Notes under the pieces: generated by a model
The model's database searches: none
Told to the model about the DNA's origin: nothing
Seen by the model: the letters and a program-made list of their open reading frames with translations, nothing else
Made by a program: the position numbers and the translations under genes
Shown here: positions 37,558 to 49,567 of the stretch, piece after piece
Layout of the letters: every line of letters starts with the position of its first letter
Numbering within the stretch: the stretch's first letter is position 1
NCBI RefSeq assembly: GCF_036588685.1
Contig: NC_086385.1
Span: 4,402,001-4,466,000 of the forward strand
Direction of reading: 5' to 3'
From: Mytilus trossulus
Lineage: Eukaryota
DNA length: 64,000 nt

Positions 37558-37898
37558 CTACATATTTGAATAGCAGTCATGGAGAGTAGAAATATCAATA
37601 CTAGTTACATCTGTTTGTTCTATCTGATTTGCAAGATCTGCATAAATCTCATCAGAACGTAAAGCATTTAGAAATTCTATAAAGCATTTCTCCCCACAAT
37701 GCAATAGTCGATCCATCAACTTCCTGTTCTTTTCAGTCTGTGCTGGACAAGCCTCTATTGTTTGCTGGTCATCTATTGTGAATACTTCACACGATATCAA
37801 ATGATCTACTATGGCTTCGTGTTTGATGGTAGATATGATATCTACGTAATTCTTCTGCAGTCGTACCTTATGTAATGGAACAGTCCATGCTGATAATC
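37558..37898 (-). CDS. ROCO terminal exon, CARD 2
   Basis: HKVRLQKNYVDIISTIKHEAIVDHLISCEVFTIDDQQTIEACPAQTEKNRKLMDRLLHCGEKCFIEFLNALRSDEIYADLANQIE. Acceptor ttttcag. Confidence 0.85.
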
Positions 37899-40800
37899 CT
37901 GAAAAAGGTCAGAAGAAAAATATTATTATATTTAGCACAATGACAAAGAAAACTTACATGAATATAAAAACAATTTCAAAGATCCTTCATTAATTTCAAA
38001 CATGACACAAACAGCAATATATTAATGCAACTACCATGACTCTATGTTTATATAAAAATCTTTCTTGCAATCAAGAAAATATTACAATTTTGACGTATTC
38101 CTCGATGTCAGAACATTCTGTATAATTGATTTTACTGTGAGCTATTAATTTTATGAGTCATTCAAGAAACTCTGATGCATTGGTTGCTTTATTTTTACTT
38201 CCGTGAAAAACAAGACGCGAAATTGAGTTGAAATATAAAAACAAAATGTCCAGCATTTAAAAATTAAAAAAATCCGTTTCATACATGCCAGTAGACAATT
38301 ACATTTTAGTTTTCATCCATTTTAGAATTGTCAGTTGATGGAAAACAAACACTATTCGATTAAAATACTTTAAATTTGTTGAATCCATAATTTAAAGACT
38401 TTAAACTACGTTCATACAGCCTCGCCATAAATTGTCATGCTGATTTGTAAAAAATATGCTTAGATAAGAAATGTATACGAATGCAATTATTTGAATAATA
38501 ATAACTGGGAAACTACATTAATCATAAACAAACGAATACCTTCCTTTTGTGCCGTTCTTATACATGGTGTATCTACTGTGACATTTTCGAGATCGCTGCT
38601 GAGTAGATCAGCAATATTATTGTATCCGCTCTCCCGCAAAGCATCTATGAATACCTTAAACATGGTACGATTCCTATCAATAATTATATCTAACAACGCT
38701 TTATTTTGTTCAATCTGTTTGACATGTTGTTCGATATGGCGTCTGTCATCAATGGATAAGCTGCAGTGGGTCATCATTTGGTCCAAGATTTGGCTTACCG
38801 ATATTTCCTGTATGATAATCTGATAATGGCGTCTGATGTTGACTTCGAAGGTATTGGGGATAACTTCTGTAATTTTAGAAACTAAAGATGTTATAACATT
38901 CGAACGCACTAACGTCCTATAAATATTAATTATAAGTTTATTAAACATTTGAAATAATTCAATTTGCCGATCTGTACAAAATAAATATGATAATGTTTTA
39001 TCATGCTTGCGATCAGAACACAAATTAATAAACGAGTATCATACAGGTTATAGGCCACGGAACCGAAAAAGTGCCCCCCCCCCCAAAAAAAAGAGAAATA
39101 AAACGACAAGATAAATAATAAATACAATGATTCTAATTAAATCTTCAGATTCAGCAACATCGAATCGTGGGGTGAACTTAGATGATCCTAGTATATGGTA
39201 TGCAATTCATGTTTCATTTAAATTAACTGTCATATGTAAAATCACCTGAGGTCGATTCGAGCAAGAGAGAAGCGGTCGTGGACCTCTTGAATTTCGAAAA
39301 AGAGACATCAGTTTGGGATGAAGTACGTCAGCCTAGTTGATCGCGTCAAATCCCGAATCTCGAACTCTTTGAAACAATATGAAACTATTTGTTTCTTGAA
39401 TTCACGAAGCAAAGTAATATAAATGTAATACATATTAAAGTAGTTATCAAAGGTACCAGGATTATAATTTGATACGCCAGACGCGCATTTCTTCAACGTG
39501 AACAATTCATTTTTTGTTGTTAATTAAAAGGCAAAGATAGGAATATACTTACCATTGTTTACCTTCTTTAGACATTTTAAGTTAGGAATGTACTTACCAT
39601 TGTTTACCTTCTGTAGAAAGCTAAAGGTAGGAATATACTTACAATTGTTTTCCTTCTGTAGAAAGCTATTTTAGGAATATACTTATAATTGTTTACCTTC
39701 TGTAAAAAGCTAAAGCTAGGAATATACTTACCATGGTTTACCTTCTGTAGAAAGCTAACGTTAGGAATATACTTACCATTGTTTACCTTCTGTAGAAAGC
39801 TAAAGCTAGGAGTATACTTACCATTGTTTACCTTCTGTAGAAAGCTATTTTAGGAACATACTTATAATTGTTTACCTTCTGTAGAAAGCTAAAGTTAGGA
39901 ATATACTTACCATTGTTTACCTTCTGTAGAAAACTAAAGTTAGGAATGTACTTATCATTGTTTACCTTCAGTAGAAAGCTAAAGCTAGGAATATACTTAT
40001 AATTGTTTACCTTCTGTAGAAAGCTAAGGTAGGAATATACTTACCATTGTTTACCTTCTGTAGAAAGGTAAAGCTAGGAATATACTTACCATTGTTTACC
40101 TTCTGTAGAAAGCTAAAGTTAGGAATATACTTATAATTATTTACCTTCTGTAGAAAGCTAAAGCTAGGAGTATACTTACCATGTTTTACCTTCTGTAGAA
40201 AGCTAAAGGTAGGAATATACTTACCATTGTTTACCTTCTGTAGAAAGCTAAAGCTAGGAGTATACTTACCATTGTTTACCTTCTGTAGAAAGCTAAAGCT
40301 AGGAGTATACTTACCATTGTTTACCTTCTGTAGAAAGCTAAAGGTAGGAGTATACTTACCATTGTTTACCTTCTGTAGAAAGCTAAAGGTAGGAGTATAC
40401 TTATAATTGTTTACCTTCTGTATAAAGTTAAAGCTAGGAATATACTTATCATTGTTTACCTTCTGTATAAAGTTAAAGCTAGGAATATACTTATCATTGT
40501 TTACCTTCTGTATAAAGTTAAAGCTAGGAATATACTTATCATTGTTTACCTTCTGTATAAAGTTAAAGCTAGGAATATACTTATCATTGTTTACCTTCTG
40601 TAGAAAGTTAAAGCTAGGAGTATACTTATAATTGTTTACCTTCTGTATAAAGTTAAAGCTAGGAATATACTTACCATTGTTTACCTTCTGTAGAAAGCTA
40701 AGGCTAGGAGTATACTTATAATTGTTTACCTTCTGTATAAAGTTAAAGCTAGGAATATACTTACCATTGTTTACCTTCTGTAGAAAGCTAAAGCTAGGAA

Positions 40801-43800
40801 TATACTTACCATTGTCTACCTTCTGTAGAAAGCTAAAGCTAGGAATATACTTACCATTGTTTACCTTCTGGAGAAAGCTAAAGTTAGGAGTATACTTACC
40901 ATTGTTTACCTTCTGTAGAAAGCTAAAGCTAGGAGTATACTTACCATTGTTTACCTTCTGGAGAAAGCTAAAGTTAGGAGTATACTTACCATTGTTTACC
41001 TTCTGGAGAAAGCTAAGGTTAGGAGTATACTTACCATTGTTTACCTTCTGTAGAAAGCTAAAGTTAGGAATATACTTACCATTGTTTACCTTCTGTAGAA
41101 AGCTAAAGGTAGGAATATACTTACCATTGTTTACCTTCTGTAGAAAGCTAAAGCTAGGAGTATACTTACCATTGTTTACCTTCTGTAGAAAGCTAAAGGT
41201 AGGTGTATACCAACCATTGTTTACCTTCTGTAGAAAGCTAAAGCTAGGTGTATACTAACCATTGTTTACCTTCTGTAGAAAGCTAAGGTAAGGAATATAC
41301 TTACCATTGTTTACCTTCTGTAGAAAGCTAAAGCTAGGAGTATACTTACCATTGTTTACCTTCTGTAGAAAGCTAAAGCTAGGAGTATACTTACCATTGT
41401 TTACCTTCTGTAGAAAGCTAAAGCTAGGAATATACTTACCATTGTTTACCTTCTGTAGAAAGCTAAAGCTAGGAGTATACTTACCATTGTTTACCTTATG
41501 TAGAAAGCTAAAGCTAGGAGTATACTTACCATTGTTTAACTTCTGTAGAAAGCTAAAGCTAGGAGTATACTTACCATTGTTTACCTTCTATAGAAAGCTA
41601 AAGCTAGGAGTATACTTACCATTGTTTACCTTCTGGAGATAGAAATCATAATCGTTTGCTTCAAACATTTCAGTCGTTATCTTCTCATACTTTCTAACGA
41701 ATGAGTTCTTTTCGATTTTTTTCTCAGATCTGATGAACACATTTGCCAAAACATTTGCAAGAGCAATGGAAGATTCTTCGCTTATTTTGGAATGATTCTT
41801 GAGTTCAGTGAGAACAAAACGCCAACGTTGAACATCATCGCCAATACTTATTTCCGAGTCTTCATTTGGACAGTTTGAACTTGCCCACTTTCCAGTAGTT
41901 GGTATATATTTGTTTTGTAGTTGGAAAGAAGTGAACAGAGATCGAGATGTCAAGCTAGTATTTCCTACGATATCGAATCCATCAGATTTTAAATGCTCTG
42001 CCATTATTTCCGGCATCAAGTCTGTAACTGATTTTGCTAGTCTCACATAATTCAACATTTCAGGATTCAATTCTTCCTACAAAATACAAGCGAAGAACAT
42101 TACAGGACACGAAATGACCACAAATTAAAGAGTTTAATGGAAGGATAGATCTTTGAAATGATTATTGCACAACTTAATATTTTTTAAATGTTGTTCTTTC
42201 ATAAACATTACATAAACTGTATACAAATTAAAATTTTCCGACCGTACAAAATCCTTATAGGTCGTTAAAGTCGTTAAAAACCACACTCATTACAATAGCA
42301 AAACATCTAATAATGTAACCATGTTTGGTATGTAAATACATTATGTATATATACCTTAAACCAAGAGTGTAATAATGTAACCATGTTTGGTATGTAAATA
42401 CATTATGTATATATACCTTAAACCAAGAGTGTAATAATGTTACCATGTTTGGTATGTAAATACATTATGTATATATACCTTAAACCAAGAGTGTAATAAT
42501 GTTACCATTTTTGGTATGTAAATACATTATGTATATATACCTTAAACCAAGAGTCTAACAATGTAACCATGTTTGGTATGTAAATACATTATGTATATAT
42601 ACCTTAAACCAAGAGTCTAATAATGTAAGCATGTTTGGTATGTAAATACATTATGTATATATACCTTAAACCAAGAGTCTAATAATGTAACCATGTTTGG
42701 TATGTAAATACATTATGTATATATACCTTAAACCAAGAGTCTAATAATGTAACCATGTTTGGTATGTAAATACATTATGTTTATATACCTTAAACCAAGA
42801 GTCTAATAATGTAACCATGTTTGGTATGTAAATACATTATGTATATATACCTTATACCAAGAGTCTAATAATGTAACCATGTTTGGTATGTAAATACATT
42901 ATGTATATATACCTTAAACCAAGAGTCTAATAATGTAACCATGTTTGGTATGTAAATACATTATGTATATATACCTTAAACCAAGAGTCTAATAATGTAA
43001 CCATGTTTGGTATGTAAATACATTATGTATATATACCTTAAACCAAGAGTCTAACAAGTCTTTTGAATTGTGAAGTACTGCGTGCTCATCACAAAAATAT
43101 TCTTCGTCAGACTCTAACTTTGTCATTTCCATCATTCCATTTAAGTTGTCGTAGCTTCCATTACAACACTTCATTTTCACAGTGTACGATACATTCATTT
43201 TGTATCTCCCTTTTATGCCAGTTATGCAGGCTTCTGCATGTTCCCAGATACCTTTGAATGAGATCTGGGAATGCTTGCCCCATTTCCAGATCTGAAGGAG
43301 TATCACGTGTTTGCTAACACAAACTGCCAGCTTAGTTAGGCCTGATGAATCGAGATTAAAGACCCCCATGCCGCGGTACAGTGCTGGTCTTCGTCTATGT
43401 TTTGATGGTTCTAGACTTATCTGATAACGGCGTATGTAATTTACAAGAAAATGGTTGAAAAACGCTGGAGGAAGAAAATCAAAATGCATACATATCCAAG
43501 ATGTCCTGTTAAAATCCTTCCCATCAACTTTAAAACTGTCCACTATATTTCTAATGGGTTTTGATTTGATGAGACATGGCACATAATAACTAACTGTTGG
43601 TATTTGTGATTTGTTGATTACGTCATTTTCTTCTAATGCTGATACAGATTCTTCCTCAGCCATGTTAGGTTTCACAATTATATCAAACTTTTCCATTATT
43701 TGTAGAATGTGACTACGGTATTTAAAAAAACCTGTCCCCTCTTCTTCTCCTCTAAATGCTTGTGTAATCAAATCTTCTGTCAATTTACCTGTTGTTTCTA

Positions 43801-46800
43801 ACTCTTTCCAGTCAGAGTTGTAAACAATGTTTCTTTGGATCTGGAACTTCCTCGCTGACACAAGACATTTCAACACATCAACTAACCACTGTGGTTGCAA
43901 AATAACTAAATCTGGAATGTCATCAAAGTAAATGAGATTTCCTATTTCATGTTGATATCTAAGAAACAAATTCACTTCGTTCATGTCTTTGATATCAAGT
44001 CCAACCGATTTCCCTACAGATTTCATGTCCTCATATGTCATGACTTTATTTTGGTTTTCTCTGTGTTGATCCAGGACTTCTTCATACTTAATCCAACGAG
44101 TCGGAAGTTGTTGTCCCCATGTTTCAACTTTTGAAGCTAGTTGTACAATACGGTGCCGAAGGACGTCAAAGTCGGTTTCAGAGGAAGTAGTGTTTGACAG
44201 CATTATAAAATCTTTTATGTGCTTTCGTTTCGGATGGTCTCCTAATATTTCATCAAATTGTTTTTGAATTTCCCATTTCCTTGTTTCCTTATCAATCTAC
44301 AAATAATGTAGTTAAAACATAAATAAAGGTTACAGTAGTATACCGCTGTTCAATAGTCACAAAACGATTAAGCGAACAAATCGGGGCCTAAAACCAAAAC
44401 AAGGAAACCCTATATATATATAAGAGGAAAACATTGGATCGAAATTACATAAACACTGAACTGCTACAAAAACATATACCAACATACTTTAATAGACACA
44501 GACAATTGGATAACAAATGTCAGATTAATAATTTTTTTAAAAAGCATGCACCATGTTTAATTTCTTTACTACTTATATACATGAAGAGAACTTACAAAAT
44601 ATTTAACAGCAAACATACATTATTTAGTTGCTTGTATCTAACACCAGGTTTCGAATAGTGGTATAATTTCCTTTGGATTAAATGCAGGGGCAAAAATGTA
44701 TTTAAACTTTTCTATGGTAATCACTTAATAACACACGACTCACATTATATTCCATTTAATGAAAATCGTAACCTCCTTATGTATAATGTATTTCAACCGT
44801 GGAATGTTTTATAATTTACCACATAAATTCGATGGGCAACTCATAAAGTCTTAACTAAACTGTTTACACAGAGATATGGCTCGCCTTATTTTATCATGAT
44901 AGTAAAGTGCAAATGTTGATATTTTTAATGCCATACTTTAACATGTTTAAACGTACAAAATCAATGAGACATGACTGAGAGACCACACAATACATGTTAA
45001 AACAAGGTATGCAAATGTCAGTACAACTACGTACCGTATGTTATTGATTAGTTATTCGTGGTTCCCATTAAACTAAATTGATGAAAATGCTATTCATTTT
45101 AAGTTGTTTTAAATATATACAGCCACTTGCAATATCAATATGGTCCAGTTTATTTGTTGAAACTAAAGTTATGTATAATATACCTGTAATTTGTCGCAAC
45201 ATGTTCCAACAACAATAATAGAGGGAAGTGTTTCTTTCGTGTTGTCGATTGCCTCTTCTTCATCACCATAACAATGGATAGCATCCATCCAAAAGTTTAT
45301 GTATTCTGTAAAAATACCATAGCAGATCAAAATAAATTAAAAAAAATTAAGCCATCACCACTAACATATACATGATATAATTTGTTTTTACACGTTGATA
45401 TAAACACATAACTGAACTCAATATGGAACAGGAATGACTGTGATCAATCTAAAGACTAGCCGTGGAATCATTCCATACGAACGTTACTTATAAGGACATG
45501 AGTTATAACTTACTTACGCATAAAAGTTTTTGAAAGTTAAAAATAGACACTCTATCTTAATAGGATATCGAATATATATTATACTTTCTTTAGAATTGAG
45601 TTCGAACTCAATAAAATTGAGAATTGAAATTAGGAAGGTCTCAAAAAAGACAACATACCAACCAAAAAGCAGAATTCATCCGAAGGCCACTAATGGGTTT
45701 TTAACATAGGGAGAACACTCCGCACCAGAATGCGTGCTTCAGCTGGCCCCTAAACCAAAAATGTGTACTAGTTCAATAATATTCAACGTCATACTAAACT
45801 CCAAAATTATAAATGAAATCAATATGTAAATGTTAAAAATCATACGTGAAAACAAACAAAGTCCAGAGCCTCGGGACAGGCGCAAAAATATGACGGGGGT
45901 TAAACCTGTTTTTTAAGGTCTCAAACCACCCCTCCACCTCTAGCCAATGTAGAAAAACAAACACACAGCAATATTATACGCACAGTAAAACTCAATTTTA
46001 AAAGAAGTCCGAGTATGATGTCAGAGAAGGTAACAAAATAGATATAGGAAGATGTGGTGTGAGTGCCAATGAGACAACTCTCCATCCAAATAACAATTTA
46101 AAAATTAAACCATTATAGGTTAAAGTACGGCCTTCAACACGGAGCCTTGGCTCACACCGAACAACAAGCTATAAAGGGCCCCAAAATTACTAGTGTAAAA
46201 CCATTCAAACGGGAAAACCAACGGTCTAATCTATATAAACAAAACGAGAAACGAGAAACACGTATATATTACATAAACAAACGACAACTACTGTACATCA
46301 GATTCCTGACTTAGGACAGGTGCAAACATTTGCAGCGGGATTAAACGTTTTAATGGGCCCAAACCTTCTCCCTTTTTCTGAAACAATAGCATAACATCAC
46401 AACATATAAAAACATACGATAAAATATCAATTAGCAGACTTAACTCAATCAAAAAACGTATGATTACACAAAGAACGAATAAATTTGATCTGCGATATCT
46501 GAATACAAATGCACAGTTAATTAAATATTAGAGACAAACAGTCATGACCAAAAGGCTATCAAATAAATTCAAACACACTGAGAAATATTTAACCAATCAA
46601 TGTTCACTTTAGAAAAAAAAACGGTTTTTTTATAATCTTGAAGTTTATACAAATGTTGTAAGAATAAGTGAAAAATTGAAGATATTACAAATAATCAAAG
46701 CTGGTATACAGCCAAGATCCATATAAATAAAAAATGACAAAAAAGCATTATAAACAGTATCAACAGGTCGAATTAACAAGAAAATACGATTTGAGAGTAC

Positions 46801-49567
46801 TCGCAGTTACTGACAGCTAGTTAAAAGACAAAGCAAAATGACAATTATACATAAATTAACAAAGGACTACTAGCAGTTACTGACATGCCAGCTCCATACC
46901 TTAATTAAACTAATTGAGTGGTTCTGACGTCATCATATGAATATCAAGAGTACAATTTTTTTTGAGACGAACATAACCCGTGTCATGCCAACAAGATATT
47001 ATATTTCCAATAAGAGAAAGAACAACACAGTATAGTATAACAAAACCAAGCGTTATGACATATAGACATAAAGGACCACTTGTGGAGTTGACTAGACCCA
47101 TAGACATGTGTTACGGGAAGATGGAAAAATCAACGTGCAGAGGTAGAACAGTATACCAACCTCATTTAACGTCTTGGTAAAAAGAGACAGTCATTATCAT
47201 AGGTTTTTCTCAATGCTTATTAACATTTACCTCCAATGTCCTCAAATGGAATCTCGGACAAATCAAGAAAGTTCTCATCTACATCTTCAGATGTCATCAA
47301 TCCTTTTAAGTTCTTACTAACATCAATAACCAACAAATAAATAGCATGTTTATTTAAAAAGGTTTGGTGTGTTGCGTAGAATTCGTATTGACCAGCGAAA
47401 TCTAAAAGTGCCACTTCAGCGAAGTCCTCTAATGATGCTTCTGATTCGGACCAACCTTTCAGGTCAGAATATAAATCAGCATTTTGTACCTCAGCAGGTT
47501 CTACAAGACCATCTTGTAGTTTAGTTATGATTGTTTCTGTGTTTTCATATTTTTCGTTAACAGCAGTCAAAGTCGAGAGACTTTTTTTGTTCATTTTGTC
47601 TCCAAGCGTCTCTTCGTCTAGAGATAATTTAGTAATTTGATCTTTTTGATCATGGGAATAGGTGTTTACTGCCTTAACGTATTTTTCTGAGACAGAAGAT
47701 ATATGTGACAGCTCTGCTTTTGTTTTATAGTGTGTCTCTCCTTTCAGATGGAGGATCAACAGGTTCTTTGCTAATCTTGATTTTCTTCCTTGGTTTACAT
47801 CAAAGCGAATGTCTATAAAAAAAAATTCTTCTGAATATAACGTACTTGTAATTACAGGTTGGGAAACAAAATGATATTGTTAATTTACAAATGACATTAA
47901 AACTAAATATGCCAGAATCGATAAATTCAATTTTGAAATTAAAGAGTATTCAAAACCAATATTCTAAAACTGTGTTTTAAATCAGCAATTTATGAAAGAT
48001 GATGGATAATGTGTTTCTGATAATTTAAAGCTAAATTAACAGTTGATGTACCGAAAATATAATATCTTATGCTACCACAAGAACACGAACTGCATGTCTA
48101 ATAACCTGCACAGCAACACCACGCTAAACATCCGTGGCTTAAGCCCTATAATGCTATCAGGTTTTTATTGCAACATAACAAACGGCGCCAACAATTCTTG
48201 CCCATGAATGTCATTCATATACAAATATAAACGTTTTGTTTACAAATAGAACTGAACAAAAAAAAACATATCATTCATAACATTTAAGCAAGTTTTTATA
48301 TCCTTTGCAAATAACAAAAAATTGTGTTAAGACTTTATAATGAAACTCTATGAAGTGTACTATTTACAATTAAATCATAAAATGCTTACCTTGAGAAAAA
48401 ATCCAAGTATCATCTGTTAAACATACTTTACATTTTTGAGTCATGATGTCTATGCCATTCGTGCTTGTTACATCTGATATTTGTTTTCTTAACAATTTTC
48501 TGGTAAGGCACGTTTTCCCTACACCGAAAGGTCCCACAACCGGTAAACGTATCATGTATCTATTTTCGACACCGCTTTGTAAAATTTCTCTGTACTGTTC
48601 TTCTGCTGCTTTTCCCATCTTCCAAATAGTCAGTGGTATTTGATCTGTGGCAATAAACGACAAGAAATAAAAGGATGTGAAGTGGTTTACATGTTTCTCT
48701 GTTAGCGATCAAACACTTCATTCTCAGTAACAGTCGCGTGACAAAACAAGCCAACTGTTAACTAAAGACTATACAAAGCATGATTCCCTCGCCTGCATCT
48801 CCACCAATAGCAACGTTTTAGTTAGGATTACATGTACCATTAAGCTGAATAACTCTATTTAAATGTTAATGACCATTTCAGTCATATTGACCTATTTTAA
48901 GATCTTATCCTACTCTGCATGTTTCCTTTTAAAAGTTTCTTTTTTCTGTTATAGTTTTCAAGATAATAGGTTAAACTGCATAGATAATGGCAAAGTTTTA
49001 ATTGGAGATTATCTGTATGAAAGTAAACAGACGACGGAAACTAAGCGATGGCAACAAGAATGTTGAAAAATGGCTTCAATCATCGAAAATGCACTAAAAC
49101 GAACACGCATACTACAAGATTTAGCAAAATACCAATCTGATAGTACGAATACATTTTATCATTATAATTAGGTCGATACCTTTACCGATGGGATGTTTGT
49201 CCATTATGATATCACAAGCAAGTGCCTCGGTACTGGCATGGACATATGCATATTATGATAAAACTTAAGATATTATATGACTGTCAATTAGACACCCATC
49301 AACCAGCGACCAAATGACGTAGATATAAGCAATACATATGGTTTTACTAGTTTTGAAATCTGCTGTTAAAATCTGAAAATCATTGAATATACAATTTAAT
49401 ATTTCAGACTGTATCACATCTTTTGTACAGTATTAGTTTTCAAGGTTTGTTTTAAGAACTTTGTAATGTTCAAGTCTTACCATCTTCAGAAAATTGAAAC
49501 TCTGTAAGCTGCGATTTGAATAGTTTAAAATCACATATTTCCTTATCCTCTAAATATTCCTTTATTT
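37558..49567 (-). CDS. ROCO protein: Roc GTPase, COR, degenerate DZIP3-like HEPN, CARD, CARD (at least ~1150 aa, 5' end unresolved). Exons 49567-49481, 48644-48390, 47812-47231, 45305-45184, 44296-43037, 42076-41620, 38908-38540, 37898-37558.
   Basis: P-loop VVGPFGVGKT, G2 STNGID, G3 LLDFAGQYEFYATHQTFL, G4 region FWMDAIH...IIVVGTCCDK, COR LPTRW...FLRYQHEIGNLIYF...VILQPQWLVD, HEPN-like NYVRL...SIGDDVQRWR, and two six-helix CARD-like repeats. GT-AG sites are phase-compatible. The acceptor at 38908 is the least certain. Confidence 0.88.
38540..38908 (-). CDS. ROCO exon, CARD 1
   Basis: IRRHYQIIIQEISVSQILDQMMTHCSLSIDDRRHIEQHVKQIEQNKALLDIIIDRNRTMFKVFIDALRESGYNNIADLL. Donor g|gtattc. Confidence 0.85.
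39530..41640 (-). repeat. About 50 copies of a 42-bp minisatellite made of the HEPN exon end plus GTAAGT donor
   Basis: Minus-strand unit ctacagaaggtaaacaatg|GTAAGTatactcctagctttagcttt. The first copy is the real exon end at 41620. Confidence 0.95.
41620..42076 (-). CDS. ROCO exon, DZIP3/hRUL138-like HEPN domain (degenerate)
   Basis: EELNPEMLNYVRLAKSVTDLMPEIM...KYIPTTGKW...PNEDSEISIGDDVQRWRFVLTELKNHSKIS. Confidence 0.65.
42305..43052 (-). repeat. 12 copies of a 62-bp minisatellite made of the COR exon end plus GT donor
   Basis: Minus-strand unit gactcttggtttaag|GTATATatacataatgtatttacataccaaacatggttacattatta. The motif ccaagag recurs every 62 bp from 42361 to 43043. Confidence 0.95.
43037..44296 (-). 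CDS. ROCO exon, end of Roc plus COR domain
   Basis: 1260-nt open phase 0-0 exon containing the 404-aa ORF, with COR motifs and MEKFDII, YYVPCLI, FLPPAFFNHFLV. Confidence 0.92.
45610..46995 (+). mobile_element. Repeat family A (45610-46040 and about 46828-46995) with a long family B copy nested inside (46041 to about 46825)
   Basis: Family A is contiguous across this junction in the 58640-59103 copy. Family B matches 61425-61640. Confidence 0.75.

Noticed and set aside
38909-38918. First AG (tatag|, exon start 38916) as the CARD1 acceptor
   Set aside because: It is phase 2 and incompatible with the phase-1 donor at 41620. The AG 8 nt downstream (exon start 38908) keeps the frame. Not excluded if an unseen micro-exon exists.
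40407-41642. Plus-strand ORFs of repeating FTFCRKLKLGIYLPL
   Set aside because: They are the antisense reading of the 42-bp donor minisatellite. A unit length divisible by 3 keeps frames open by chance.
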